Shown in pieces: positions 39,501 to 48,168 of a stretch of DNA of 64,000 nt. How positions within the stretch are numbered: the stretch's first letter is position 1; each line of letters starts with the position of its first letter. The DNA comes from a virus. The notes beneath the pieces are model-generated. The model had not been told where the DNA came from, ran no database searches, and saw nothing but the letters and a program-made list of their open reading frames with translations. A program made the position numbers and the translations under genes. The stretch lies in the IMG/VR virus record IMGVR_UViG_3300020183_000046, positions 14,326 to 78,325 of that record; one strand, given 5' to 3'.

Positions 39501-41625
39501 GTCCATCAGATGCTTCATGAGTTCCAGTTACAATAGCAAGATAATGACCAGATCCTCCAGCATTTGCCTGTGTTGATAATCCAGAAGATGCCATAGTAAC
39601 AGTAATTGTATAGTTCCCTGCATTTTGTGCAGAGATTGTCAACCACTGTGTACCTTGCTGTTGAATATTAACTCCACCAACTGTTGTTCCTGATATAGCT
39701 CTTAACTGTACTTTCTTACCGACGTTTCCAATAAAGTATGCAGAATCTGCTGGATTGAAAGAGATAATTAAATTACTTGATCCATTACTTACAGTAAATG
39801 GATTTGTTGGTAAAACTTTTTCTTCAATACTATTGATTGGATATTGATCTGTCCCACATCCATTTCCTAAGAAATCAGCACCACTTCCCCTAACAAAAGA
39901 TTTTGATAACTGTGGTAAGTATGGTGTTGTTCTTGTGTACGAATTTGCAGCGACCCAAGAAGCTAAAATACCAGTGACGATTGGGCAGGAGAAAGAAGTT
40001 CCGCTGATGATATCATAGTTAGATGTTGAGGTATAGACTGTGTTACTAGTCCAATCATACTTTGGAGAAACCAATCTTATACCTGGAGCAGTAGTGGTTA
40101 CACCACCACCATAGTTTGAAAAATATGCCCAACGGTCATTATATTCTGTTGCACCAACAGAAATTTTATTTTGATTTGCATCAACTGAATTAAATACTGG
40201 ATCACTATATCCAGCAGTTCTAGTACCTGCAATATACTTTCCTTGGATTGGACCAGCAAAATTGCCAGAGGTATCTACAAATCCATTACCAGCAGATCTA
40301 GCTAAAATAATATTGTAAGTATCAGTTACAGTCTTTTCAATTTCATCAAGCAATTCTACCTCAACTCCAGCATCAGTTCCAGCATCGTTGAGTTCAATAT
40401 AAGGATATGATCCACTAGGAATTGTTGGACCAAATGATGCGTTGATAATAGCTGGACGATTGTTTCCTTTGTAGTTTGCATCTAAAGGATCGTTGTGATC
40501 AATTACTGCCTGATATGCCGATAAGATTTGAGAGTATGAAGAAGACAATCCGCTATTAAATGCCTTCAGTGAATATATCCTTGCCTTTCTAGAAACACCT
40601 GCTGTTCTACCAGATGACATGATTGCACAGAAAGTTCCGTGACCATTATCATCTTCGTTATTAGTACCGTATGCTCCAGCATAGTGTGAGAGTTGATATA
40701 CTCTATAGTTTTGTTGTTCTGCTGTACCGTTTAAGTTAGTTGCAAAATCTGGATCATAAAGTTCTGGGTGTAGTGCTGCGTTTGTTCCTGTTGGTCTGCT
40801 TGCTCCACGAACACCAGAATCAATAACATAGATGTCTACACCATCCCCAGTTTCAGTTGCACTAAATTCTCTATTGAGATATGAACGATCTGACTTTGTA
40901 ATTCTATCCAGGTGCCAGTAATCATGAATATTAATTGTTCCATATAAATTTGGTGCTGCTTGATATCTGCCCATGCCAGAATGAACAGTACAATAGTAGA
41001 ATAAAATGGATGGAGTCGTCGCTCCAACAACTATTCTAGTGTATGAACCAACAGTACCAGAAGTTCCAGATACAGATACTCCAGATGTTAATTGGGTTCC
41101 ACCACCATGAGTTCCATCTGGAGTTTCGGAAAATCTAAATGGGTGTCCAGCATTTGATGAGTGTGCAGTATCAAATGTATATGTGCCACCCTGTAGGAAT
41201 CCACTGAGGTTTAAGTATCTTATGTATATTCCACCAGATGTTTGAGAGAATGTATAAAAATTACTTCCACCAATATTAGCAACTCTTACATATATTGTAC
41301 CAGTGCCAGAAGTTGTAATATTTCTTGTTCCGTAAGTTGCATCCGCTGCTGCTTCATTTAAAGTTTCATCTTCATGGGCAACAACATTCGATTCAACTGA
41401 ATCTGCTGGATCACAAGTAACTTCCATATCCCATGTTGCCTGATGCCCTAATGAGCGAATATCATACAAGGCAGTTTCTTCGTTTTCCTCTGGTACATCA
41501 AAGGTAACGATACTAAAGCTTCTAAATTTCTCTACAAAAACTAAGTATCCAAATTGATCTAGGATAGAGTCCTTTGCCGCTTCTAGATCAGAATTATTGG
41601 TTACCTTGACTACTACCCTCTTCAT
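36553..41625 (-). CDS. Subtilisin (S8, proteinase K-like) protease with a cupredoxin-like insert, six Ig-like repeats and FN3-like C-terminus; probably virion-associated
   Basis: Triad motifs VDIYVIDSGV, NGHGT, SGTSFSCP; SAGN oxyanion; repeats IT.QP...YQWQ.S..GG..W.NI.GA....YRC; late promoter upstream. Confidence 0.88.
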   Translation of the reverse strand: MKRVVVKVTNNSDLEAAKDSILDQFGYLVFVEKFRSFSIVTFDVPEENEETALYDIRSLGHQATWDMEVTCDPADSVESNVVAHEDETLNEAAADATYGTRNITTSGTGTIYVRVANIGGSNFYTFSQTSGGIYIRYLNLSGFLQGGTYTFDTAHSSNAGHPFRFSETPDGTHGGGTQLTSGVSVSGTSGTVGSYTRIVVGATTPSILFYYCTVHSGMGRYQAAPNLYGTINIHDYWHLDRITKSDRSYLNREFSATETGDGVDIYVIDSGVRGASRPTGTNAALHPELYDPDFATNLNGTAEQQNYRVYQLSHYAGAYGTNNEDDNGHGTFCAIMSSGRTAGVSRKARIYSLKAFNSGLSSSYSQILSAYQAVIDHNDPLDANYKGNNRPAIINASFGPTIPSGSYPYIELNDAGTDAGVEVELLDEIEKTVTDTYNIILARSAGNGFVDTSGNFAGPIQGKYIAGTRTAGYSDPVFNSVDANQNKISVGATEYNDRWAYFSNYGGGVTTTAPGIRLVSPKYDWTSNTVYTSTSNYDIISGTSFSCPIVTGILASWVAANSYTRTTPYLPQLSKSFVRGSGADFLGNGCGTDQYPINSIEEKVLPTNPFTVSNGSSNLIISFNPADSAYFIGNVGKKVQLRAISGTTVGGVNIQQQGTQWLTISAQNAGNYTITVTMASSGLSTQANAGGSGHYLAIVTGTHEASDGPEFSGTQLYTQTDAQETGGTSTAIKNIPVDPGVDFNLSSLGTTNRGSVYPYVDIIVTWAAASGSLTGTPFANGASINLNLGLSSLTTWASEPITIQGYTLSGTSISGTGLTFNGTTGVLSGTVTASYQNLTYNITVTETTTGQSRNYNFTITGTGVAITVTTQPSNTSVEAGAGINATFTAAGTADDGSTVTFQWQRSTNGGSTWANISSLAGHSGETTGTLTVDDDFAFNGNQYRCVLNSATAVATTTTNSATLTVFRVVTIGTQPTNQTPVAPAAATFFVTASTLDAASISYQWEKSNDGISYTSVSGATSASYTTGATTYDADFGHYYRCICSATGASPVTSSAAQLLLTRTITVTTQPQNVTGAVGGTVQFSVVATTSDSDPGDITYQWQFSINGGASWSNVVGGSGATTATYTTPTLTASNDEQRYRCVLSCTGATPVNSGSATLQVETVTPVVIQQPTNKTANENATATFTCLGDVTMGQIGANAASSSFDVEDFTTPSAGSGNSIDPYSVSLQSQHEPPVTYQWQKSDDGGSNWGDISGATSASYTTGTLTYASDNGDRYRCKIDATGAAAPAYTNSVTLTVLRTFTITANPNNQTANENSTVTFSVTVSASSGAPSYQWQRSDDGGVNYSNISGATNSSYTTPQLVYTQDNNDRYRCVVTLTGSAGSQTSTFALLTVLRVITITTQPQSVAVIEGFTATFTVIATITSDVISYQWQISSNSGANWSNINGANSSSYTTAPTVYPTTPNVQYRCVLTNLAATTVTSSVATLTVNESEFVSAPATVTVTTDPDTLKTFSRTPTITTSAFVSQYTGSTHYSTFWRIKRVGDNTIIYDTASIFAAGDTGNLTTFTVPPGILSFDTVYSVQVKFRDQNGLESSYTSAQNFTTPFVDQPVIQTIVPAFNPTINVDPAQVKAGYAHTSSDWQFSPTNQFQTIIHQSLGNTANKTQYILPQDVSLDPNTTYYVRIRFNVNQV
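37160..39037 (-). repeat. Six tandem Ig-like (I-set-like) protein repeats of ~100 aa
   Basis: Recurrent TQP..., (Y/F)QW(Q/E).S, (Q/R/Y)YRC, S..A.L.V. Confidence 0.85.
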
Positions 41626-41636
41626 TCGGTAAGCAC

Positions 41637-41673
41637 AAAAAAGTCCTCTGTTGTATTTATACAGAGGACTTTT
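41637..41673 (-). promoter_or_regulatory. Hairpin/terminator whose loop carries the late promoter TATAAATA
   Basis: AAAAGTCCTCTGT-tgtatttat-ACAGAGGACTTTT; TATTTATA at 41654-41661. Confidence 0.75.
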
Positions 41674-41675
41674 GG

Positions 41676-41996
41676 TTAAGTATCTAGATTTGGAACATTA
41701 AGTTCTCGTAGATTCTTCGGTGTCATTTTTTCCAGAGGTTTGGTGTATTTCAAATCATGCTGACTATCAAAAGTAAATCTTGTAGTCACATGAGTTCTAT
41801 CACCTCTCACAACCAAACTATAGTTCCAACCATAAACAGTTTGAGCTGTTGATATGGAAAGAATCTCTCTTCCTTCGTATAGATCACCAGATCTGTATGG
41901 AAGAGTTTCTAAATCTCCATCAAATTTTATTGGATTTCTGGAAGAGTTGATGTGCTCTAGTTGTCTAGCATCACTCGGCGGATTCGGTGATCTCAT
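41676..41996 (-). CDS. Hypothetical protein
   Basis: 106-aa ORF in operon orientation. Confidence 0.6.
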   Translation of the reverse strand: MRSPNPPSDARQLEHINSSRNPIKFDGDLETLPYRSGDLYEGREILSISTAQTVYGWNYSLVVRGDRTHVTTRFTFDSQHDLKYTKPLEKMTPKNLRELNVPNLDT

Positions 41997-42156
41997 TCTC
42001 TTGATTCTTTAAAGTCATATTCAAAGCTTCTATTGCTCCTTCTAATCTGAGAACCTGATTCTTTCTCGCTGTCAAAGCTGTTTCAAGTTCAACAATAGTT
42101 GCTTTTTGCTCTTTCAGTTGCTCGGTGAAATCCTTCACCATATCTTCTGTAGTCAT
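41971..42156 (-). CDS. Small coiled-coil protein
   Basis: Heptads ...QVLRLEGAIEAL. Confidence 0.7.
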   Translation of the reverse strand: MTTEDMVKDFTEQLKEQKATIVELETALTARKNQVLRLEGAIEALNMTLKNQENEITESAE

Positions 42157-42180
42157 GGTTAATAATGATAACTGATTTAT

Positions 42181-42891
42181 TTATTGTAAAAATGCATTAA
42201 ATGTTAGACGGTTAGTACTCCACTCTCCTTGTTTAAAATATGGAGAATGCCAAAGTCTTCCCTCATACAACAATACGGAATTATATTCATGAAGTTCAAC
42301 ATGATATCTTTCCCATTCTTTTGATTTATATTTTGATGGATCAAAATTAACAAAAGCATTAATATGATTTAGTGCTCTAGATGATCTGTAATTTTTATCA
42401 GAAGAAACAAATTCTTCACACAATTCAGTATTCCTAAAGAAAGCGGTTCCAGAATCTGTACCAACTAATTCTTCTGACTTATTCAAGCACAATACAGCAG
42501 CATAGTGAGTATCATCCGTGTGGGGTGATAGGCTACACATTCTACATTTTTCATTTACTTCATACATTTGAAAAGTAAAATCCGACATAGCTGGAATACT
42601 CATTACAGATCTACCAGCTTCAAAGTAAGTATGACAAGCAAATTTGAATGGCTCATTAAATTGTTTTGAGGTATGTCCAATTCTATGGACATATCCAGGT
42701 AAGTTTGTATATTCACCATTTAGCGTAGAAACATAATCACATGATAATGCATATGCTCTAACTGAATCTGGATTCTTGAAAAAATTTTTTATTTTGATTA
42801 TACGATTTTTACTCTTACCAATATGTGTTTGCTCAACATCCCAATCTCTAGGATGATGTACTTCTAATATATCTGGATTAATTACTTTCAT
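42181..42891 (-). CDS. 2OG-Fe(II) oxygenase, DUF6445-like
   Basis: I.NFFKNPD.VR, PG, PHTD, YAAVLCLN, GTAFF, YN..LLYEG...HS, RLT. Confidence 0.8.
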   Translation of the reverse strand: MKVINPDILEVHHPRDWDVEQTHIGKSKNRIIKIKNFFKNPDSVRAYALSCDYVSTLNGEYTNLPGYVHRIGHTSKQFNEPFKFACHTYFEAGRSVMSIPAMSDFTFQMYEVNEKCRMCSLSPHTDDTHYAAVLCLNKSEELVGTDSGTAFFRNTELCEEFVSSDKNYRSSRALNHINAFVNFDPSKYKSKEWERYHVELHEYNSVLLYEGRLWHSPYFKQGEWSTNRLTFNAFLQ

Positions 42892-44638
42892 TTCCAAAAT
42901 ACTCATCAACTACTTTAGTTTTCTCTAAGACCAAAACATGAATTCCATTCCACCAGTGGGTAGGATTTTCTATTATACCACTTAGAAGTTTTCTTTCAAA
43001 ATAACAAGTTAAATTATTTTCCTTTACGAATTGTACAGTTCCTTCAACAACACCATCAAAATTAGCATCATCCACAACCAAAATAAATTTATCATCTAAA
43101 AATGGTAAAATATGATTGAGGTTATTCATCTGCTCAATCATATCATGATTTGCATCATAGAAAACTACATTTGGTTTATATCCATCAAAGTCATCTTTAG
43201 TTAGTTCTTGAGCACTAGCTTTTATGAAAACGGAATTACCATTTTCATATTTTTCCCAGTGCTGAACAAGCATATCATATGGATTTGATATTTCTGCCCA
43301 TGAAACATGGGGCATCATGGGTTTACATTCTGGTTCAGAAAAATCGTCAACTCCAAAACATTTTGTAGCATTATTCATTCCTGCAGCAAAGAATGTACTT
43401 CCAATAAAAGTTCCAATCTCTAAGTATACTGAATCTTTATGCGAACATAAACTATTTAAAAAATGTCTAACTCTATCAGAGGTCAATCCACGTACAATAT
43501 AGTTTTCTGGGTTATAGTTTGAAGATCTTGTCAATCCATCATTAATTGCTTTTAATGTTCTCTTTGTAAATTCATCAACTTCAGTTGGTCTTTCATCTCG
43601 TTTGAGATGAGATTCAACAACAGCTTCACAGTAATTACAATCCCAGCAATTAAACTGGCAAGTTTTAATTTTTTCTCTCCAAATATCAATTGGTTTTTTC
43701 TCCATGGATAAATCTTCCATGTAATTATTAAAGGTTGGAAAAAGTAAATCATCTTCTTTTGCCCACCTTTCAACAATATCCATAGATTCTTTTAACTTCA
43801 TGGTGTTTTCTCTACCATGCATTTTAAATACATCAATACCTAAATCTAAAAATTCATTCCAGTCCTCTCTCCATGGTGGGAGATTTGCAGATTTTAATGC
43901 ATGTGAATTATCTTGAATATCCCAAAGAGCACATGAATTTGTACTAATTGGATCCATGAAATATTGAGGAATATTTTCAGTTCTAGTGTTATTAAAATGG
44001 TAGTGTTCATCCATCATGGAACATCCTCCCCAGCAACCCTCATTTGCCAAAAGAGAAAGTTCTACTGGTTTACCAATAGATGCACAGTATTCCTTAGATT
44101 TTTTAATCTTAAGTAAGGAATCTCTATCTCTCATTAAATCCCTATCGAGATTAATATAATGAAACCCAGCATTAGCTAGTGATACAATCTCATTTGCTTT
44201 AGTTACATTTCTCAGGATTGTATTTTTAATTTTAAGTTCTGGAAATTCTTTTTGTATAATGCCAGAAGCAACCCAACTGGTATGTGGAATAGTTGCTATT
44301 CTAACTCCATTATCATATAACTGTTTGAAGTTGTGTACAAATAGATCTAAATTTTCTTGGTCTGGTCTAACATAGATATTATTGAATGTTGCGGATAATG
44401 GAATTCCTGCTGCATCTGCAATAGATTTTGCATTATAAAAAAGTTGCACAATATCTCCAGCAAAAACATCTCCCATAGCATCATTAACAAATGGGGGCAT
44501 TCTTGATGTAAAATAAAGATCTACAATATAATCTTTATATTTTTTTAACCAAGGAACAAATACTGTCTCTGCAAATTTAGAATCAATCTTCGGATTTATT
44601 GGAAGACTGAAGACGAATTTTTTCTTTTGGGATGTCAT
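42878..44638 (-). CDS. Peptidase-U32-family Fe-S protein fused to a class I SAM methyltransferase
   Basis: LDRDL.RD, LLANEGCWGGC, NSC, IDVFKMHGRE, CQFNCWDCNYC; then YLEIGTFIGST, VDDFS, FYDANH, VVDDAN. Confidence 0.8.
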   Translation of the reverse strand: MTSQKKKFVFSLPINPKIDSKFAETVFVPWLKKYKDYIVDLYFTSRMPPFVNDAMGDVFAGDIVQLFYNAKSIADAAGIPLSATFNNIYVRPDQENLDLFVHNFKQLYDNGVRIATIPHTSWVASGIIQKEFPELKIKNTILRNVTKANEIVSLANAGFHYINLDRDLMRDRDSLLKIKKSKEYCASIGKPVELSLLANEGCWGGCSMMDEHYHFNNTRTENIPQYFMDPISTNSCALWDIQDNSHALKSANLPPWREDWNEFLDLGIDVFKMHGRENTMKLKESMDIVERWAKEDDLLFPTFNNYMEDLSMEKKPIDIWREKIKTCQFNCWDCNYCEAVVESHLKRDERPTEVDEFTKRTLKAINDGLTRSSNYNPENYIVRGLTSDRVRHFLNSLCSHKDSVYLEIGTFIGSTFFAAGMNNATKCFGVDDFSEPECKPMMPHVSWAEISNPYDMLVQHWEKYENGNSVFIKASAQELTKDDFDGYKPNVVFYDANHDMIEQMNNLNHILPFLDDKFILVVDDANFDGVVEGTVQFVKENNLTCYFERKLLSGIIENPTHWWNGIHVLVLEKTKVVDEYFGNESN

Positions 44639-45359
44639 ACTTCACTTCAGGTAATGTTGGTTTTTGGTCAGTCAATTCAGACCCATTAATTTGTGGAGGT
44701 CTAAAGTCTTCAAGTTTTCCATTCAATATAGATTGCATAGCTGGTTCCATTTGTTTTTGCATATTTCCAATACCAGCACGAAGGAGAGATGAATGATGAA
44801 CGGCTCCAGATAAAACTTGAATTTGATCTTCTGGTTGCATGTTCATAATTGAATCCATGTTTCCACTTCCAATATTCCCAAAGGAAATGATATCAACGGC
44901 AGCTTGTTTTGCCATTCTACTGATCCAATATTTACGATCCTCTTCTTCATTATTTTTCAAATAGTATTCTTTACCAAGATTGGGATCGATATCTTTCTCT
45001 AATTCTTCTACGAAGTGCTCAACTTCTTTCTTGATAAGTCTATATTTCTGTTCCCAGATAGATTTATCATAGTGAGCTTTTTCAAGTTCGATCGCAATCA
45101 TTTCTTTCTCAAGATCGTCTTGCTCTAATTTTAAAGCTCTTTCTAATTGTTTAATCTGAACAGTATTTTTCTTCAGACGATATTCAAGCTCTACCCTACT
45201 ATTATCTCTCATCTGGAGTTCAAGAAAAGCTTGTTGAACTCTTTTGAATGGAGTTATTTGGGATCCACAAACAAAATTTTGATTTTGGTATCTTGTTTGC
45301 CCACCCTCTAATTTGTAAGATAATTCAATCCAAGATTTTTCAGAATCCGAAAGTTCCAT
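44583..45359 (-). CDS. Coiled-coil hypothetical protein of the U32 cassette
   Basis: YQ..NFV..SQITP...QQA.LEL; YWI.RMAKQAA.DI...G.IG.GNMDSI. Confidence 0.75.
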   Translation of the reverse strand: MELSDSEKSWIELSYKLEGGQTRYQNQNFVCGSQITPFKRVQQAFLELQMRDNSRVELEYRLKKNTVQIKQLERALKLEQDDLEKEMIAIELEKAHYDKSIWEQKYRLIKKEVEHFVEELEKDIDPNLGKEYYLKNNEEEDRKYWISRMAKQAAVDIISFGNIGSGNMDSIMNMQPEDQIQVLSGAVHHSSLLRAGIGNMQKQMEPAMQSILNGKLEDFRPPQINGSELTDQKPTLPEVKYDIPKEKIRLQSSNKSED

Positions 45360-46272
45360 AAGCTAGTTCTCCATCAATTCGCTTTCCATTAGAATCGATT
45401 CTTCCCAGCATTTCTGCCTGCTTTATTGGCATACCTACATTCAAGTAATCTTCATACAAGATGTTGATATCCCACATATTATCACAGTTTTTAAACTGAG
45501 AACGAATCGCATGATATTTGCCCAACAAAGAGGCATAATCTATAAGATATTTATCATGATGATCAAGCACTCTTTTTACTAAAACTTCCTTTGCCATTCC
45601 TCTAGTCATGCAAAGAATATCTAAAAATGGAGTCTTTGCTTCTTCATTTTCTTTATATTTTCTTGCTTCTTCTAACTGATAAATCCAAGATTCAGTTTCA
45701 ACATCGCAGCAATTTTTAAAATTTTTAAATCGTAAATCAAATTCATGCTCAATAACTAAGATTGCTTGCTTTTTCATGAAAGAAATTGCAAGTTGAATAT
45801 TTTCTTTCGGTGTAATTTTCTTTACTTTTTCGAATTTGAGCTCTCCAGTATCAGTCATTACTTGCTCATATTCTTTGTAATGAGCTCTAGTTTCCCCCTG
45901 AAATCTTACTCCATGAGTAAATTCTTTTTCTGGAATCTCGACATATCTCCTAAAAGATGATTTGATTGTTTCAAAAACAATTTTATTCATCTTGATTGTA
46001 GAGACATTACAAAAATTATATAAAACAAAGTAAGTAGTTTCGTCGGCTTTAATGTCAGCCAACCTCAAAGCATCTTCATGGATCATCATGTAGATAAACC
46101 CTTCTTTGATCTTCTCTTTATCCTTAATAAATTTTCTTGTCTCTAATTCTAAAGGATGCTGTGGTTCATATTTTGGACGTAAAAAATCTTCCTCTTGAAT
46201 TAAATCTTGAGGGATTCTTTCCTTCCAAGCAACATCAAATGATTTTTCTTCTATAAAATTACTTGTTTCCAT
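45340..46272 (-). CDS. Hypothetical protein; C-terminus resembles tail-fibre-assembly helical domains
   Basis: E.ESW..QL.EA......TPFL..L...RG.....LV..VL pattern. Confidence 0.65.
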   Translation of the reverse strand: METSNFIEEKSFDVAWKERIPQDLIQEEDFLRPKYEPQHPLELETRKFIKDKEKIKEGFIYMMIHEDALRLADIKADETTYFVLYNFCNVSTIKMNKIVFETIKSSFRRYVEIPEKEFTHGVRFQGETRAHYKEYEQVMTDTGELKFEKVKKITPKENIQLAISFMKKQAILVIEHEFDLRFKNFKNCCDVETESWIYQLEEARKYKENEEAKTPFLDILCMTRGMAKEVLVKRVLDHHDKYLIDYASLLGKYHAIRSQFKNCDNMWDINILYEDYLNVGMPIKQAEMLGRIDSNGKRIDGELAYGTFGF

Positions 46273-46405
46273 CTTTATTCTTAAGTTCTTCTATTTCTTT
46301 TTTTAGATTTTCTACTTCTAACTTAAGATATTTAAATTCTTCATATAGAACAAAATCTGGTCTATTGAAAAACATATTATTACTACTTCCAGTTTTTGAT
46401 GACAT
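46259..46405 (-). CDS. 48-aa coiled-coil peptide (not in ORF track)
   Basis: MSSKTGSSNNMFFNRPDFVLYEEFKYLKLEVENLKKEIEELKNKDGNK; TAATG overlap upstream and 14-bp overlap downstream. Confidence 0.6.
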   Translation of the reverse strand: MSSKTGSSNNMFFNRPDFVLYEEFKYLKLEVENLKKEIEELKNKDGNK

Positions 46406-47835
46406 TACTGATACCTCCTACCAGTTACTGCAAATGCACCACTCACACATGCTCCAGAAGATTGCCCTTGGTGACCTTTTGGCTCGGACTTAAATCCAAG
46501 AACAATATCAGAATCATTAGCATAAAAACGCTTCCACGTCCTATTGTTCTGATAGTTTCCTCCAGCATCTCCATAATTTCCTAAGCAATATCCCCAGTCT
46601 TGTCCCTCTTCCATGTTTTCTTCTCCACTTGCAACATCTTTTTGGTTGAATTGTGATCCAATAGTAGTCGCAGTGAGATCATTAAATTTAATCCAAGGTA
46701 AAGTTACGTTTGCTCCAGCTCCATGATAGCAGTGACCCCATTTAGATGAAAGATTTTTTTTCCATCCATCATTAGTTCCCCAGCTAGTCAAGGTGTAACT
46801 AGTAACACTTTCACTACTAAATGTGACATAAACTGCATTTGAGTTATCTCCAAACAAATATCCTCTAGTTTCCCCTTCGCATCCAGTGGCATTACCATTA
46901 GTAAATCCACCAGCTAAACGAGTTGACATTTCAGTAATAAAGTTTAATCTTTGAATACTTGCTGGTCCACCACCAGCAGTATATCCTCTTTGAGTCACAA
47001 AACCAGAAACAGAACCTGGGTCGTCAGTACTATCCCAAGTATCCATGGAAGCACCGAGACTATCTGGAGTAGTGCTATAAGCGTCTCCGTGACCTGGACT
47101 GCCATTCGGACCAAATGTTCTATTCGTTCCGTTATGTAAGTTTATACTAGAAACAGATGCACCAGATCCACCGTATGCGTTTTCTGTTCCAAATACATAT
47201 CCATTAAAATCTCCAAAGTTTCCATCTACATACGATGCTGCTCTATCCAGCTGATCACCGCGAGAAATAGTAATATCGGTTGCATGGAAAGTTTGATTTA
47301 CAGTTCTCCATGGATTTGATCCACGGTATCCACCGATCAAAAATCCATGAGTAAAAATACTTCTATATCTAAAACTTGATCCAACAGTAATATTATATAA
47401 TGCCCCAGTAGAATCATACCACTGACCAGTTCCAGTATAGGGCAAATAATATGCACTAGATATTGTTGGATTTTGCCCTCCAGCAAGAGTAGTTGTTGAT
47501 GGAGTGGATCTATACGTACCAAATTCATTTGAAAATGTTGTTAAACTCCCACCAGTATTCGGTCCTGTTGGTTGAGTTGCCCAATATGCTCCAGCACCAA
47601 CACTTTCATTTGGCACAGCATTAGCCCAAAAAGCATTTTGTCCATCTGACATCAATACCGATCCAGCAGTTGCTGGAGATTGATTTGGGATTGCTGCAAA
47701 TGGTTGACCGTTTTGAAGTAACTGACCCGTGAAGTTAATATTTCCAGTTACATCAACATTTTTTGGAATAGCTACTGTGGTCCCACCGCTGGTTAAAGTA
47801 TTGGCTTGTACAGTAGTGGTAGTTACCTGAGACAT
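46405..47835 (-). CDS. Tail-associated protein with a six-blade Kelch-like beta-propeller
   Basis: Fibre-like N-terminus (VDVTGNINFTG.L.QNG, G.VL.SDG...W); six GY..G(G)-type repeats; ends PKGHQGQSSGAC. Confidence 0.7.
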   Translation of the reverse strand: MSQVTTTTVQANTLTSGGTTVAIPKNVDVTGNINFTGQLLQNGQPFAAIPNQSPATAGSVLMSDGQNAFWANAVPNESVGAGAYWATQPTGPNTGGSLTTFSNEFGTYRSTPSTTTLAGGQNPTISSAYYLPYTGTGQWYDSTGALYNITVGSSFRYRSIFTHGFLIGGYRGSNPWRTVNQTFHATDITISRGDQLDRAASYVDGNFGDFNGYVFGTENAYGGSGASVSSINLHNGTNRTFGPNGSPGHGDAYSTTPDSLGASMDTWDSTDDPGSVSGFVTQRGYTAGGGPASIQRLNFITEMSTRLAGGFTNGNATGCEGETRGYLFGDNSNAVYVTFSSESVTSYTLTSWGTNDGWKKNLSSKWGHCYHGAGANVTLPWIKFNDLTATTIGSQFNQKDVASGEENMEEGQDWGYCLGNYGDAGGNYQNNRTWKRFYANDSDIVLGFKSEPKGHQGQSSGACVSGAFAVTGRRYQ

Positions 47836-47841
47836 GATTTA

Positions 47842-48168
47842 CTACTCGGGTTTTGGATATTTTGCCTTAATGCTATTTATTGTTTCTTTCCAAGCATCAA
47901 TATCATGATAAATCATATCAAGTTGTTCTTCAATTGGAGGATACTCTGACTTTCTAGATCTTTGATATCTAGCATTAGTATATTCCAACTCTAATTTTTT
48001 TACTTCTTGGTTTATTTCAAATTCTGAAGGGCACTCGCTATCATTTTCAGGTAACCAATTAATTCCTTCATATGAATTATTTTCCACAATCCATTTTGAT
48101 CCTGGTCTGAGACTTTCTAAAGCCAGGGCAATATTAATTCTTTTACCATCATCTCTAATAATTGTCAT
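47842..48168 (-). CDS. XkdW-like / tail fibre assembly protein
   Basis: AL.SLRPG.KW...I.W...P...EI; YQR.R..EYP.IEEQLDM.YHD...W...I..IK.KYPKP. Confidence 0.75.
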   Translation of the reverse strand: MTIIRDDGKRINIALALESLRPGSKWIVENNSYEGINWLPENDSECPSEFEINQEVKKLELEYTNARYQRSRKSEYPPIEEQLDMIYHDIDAWKETINSIKAKYPKPE

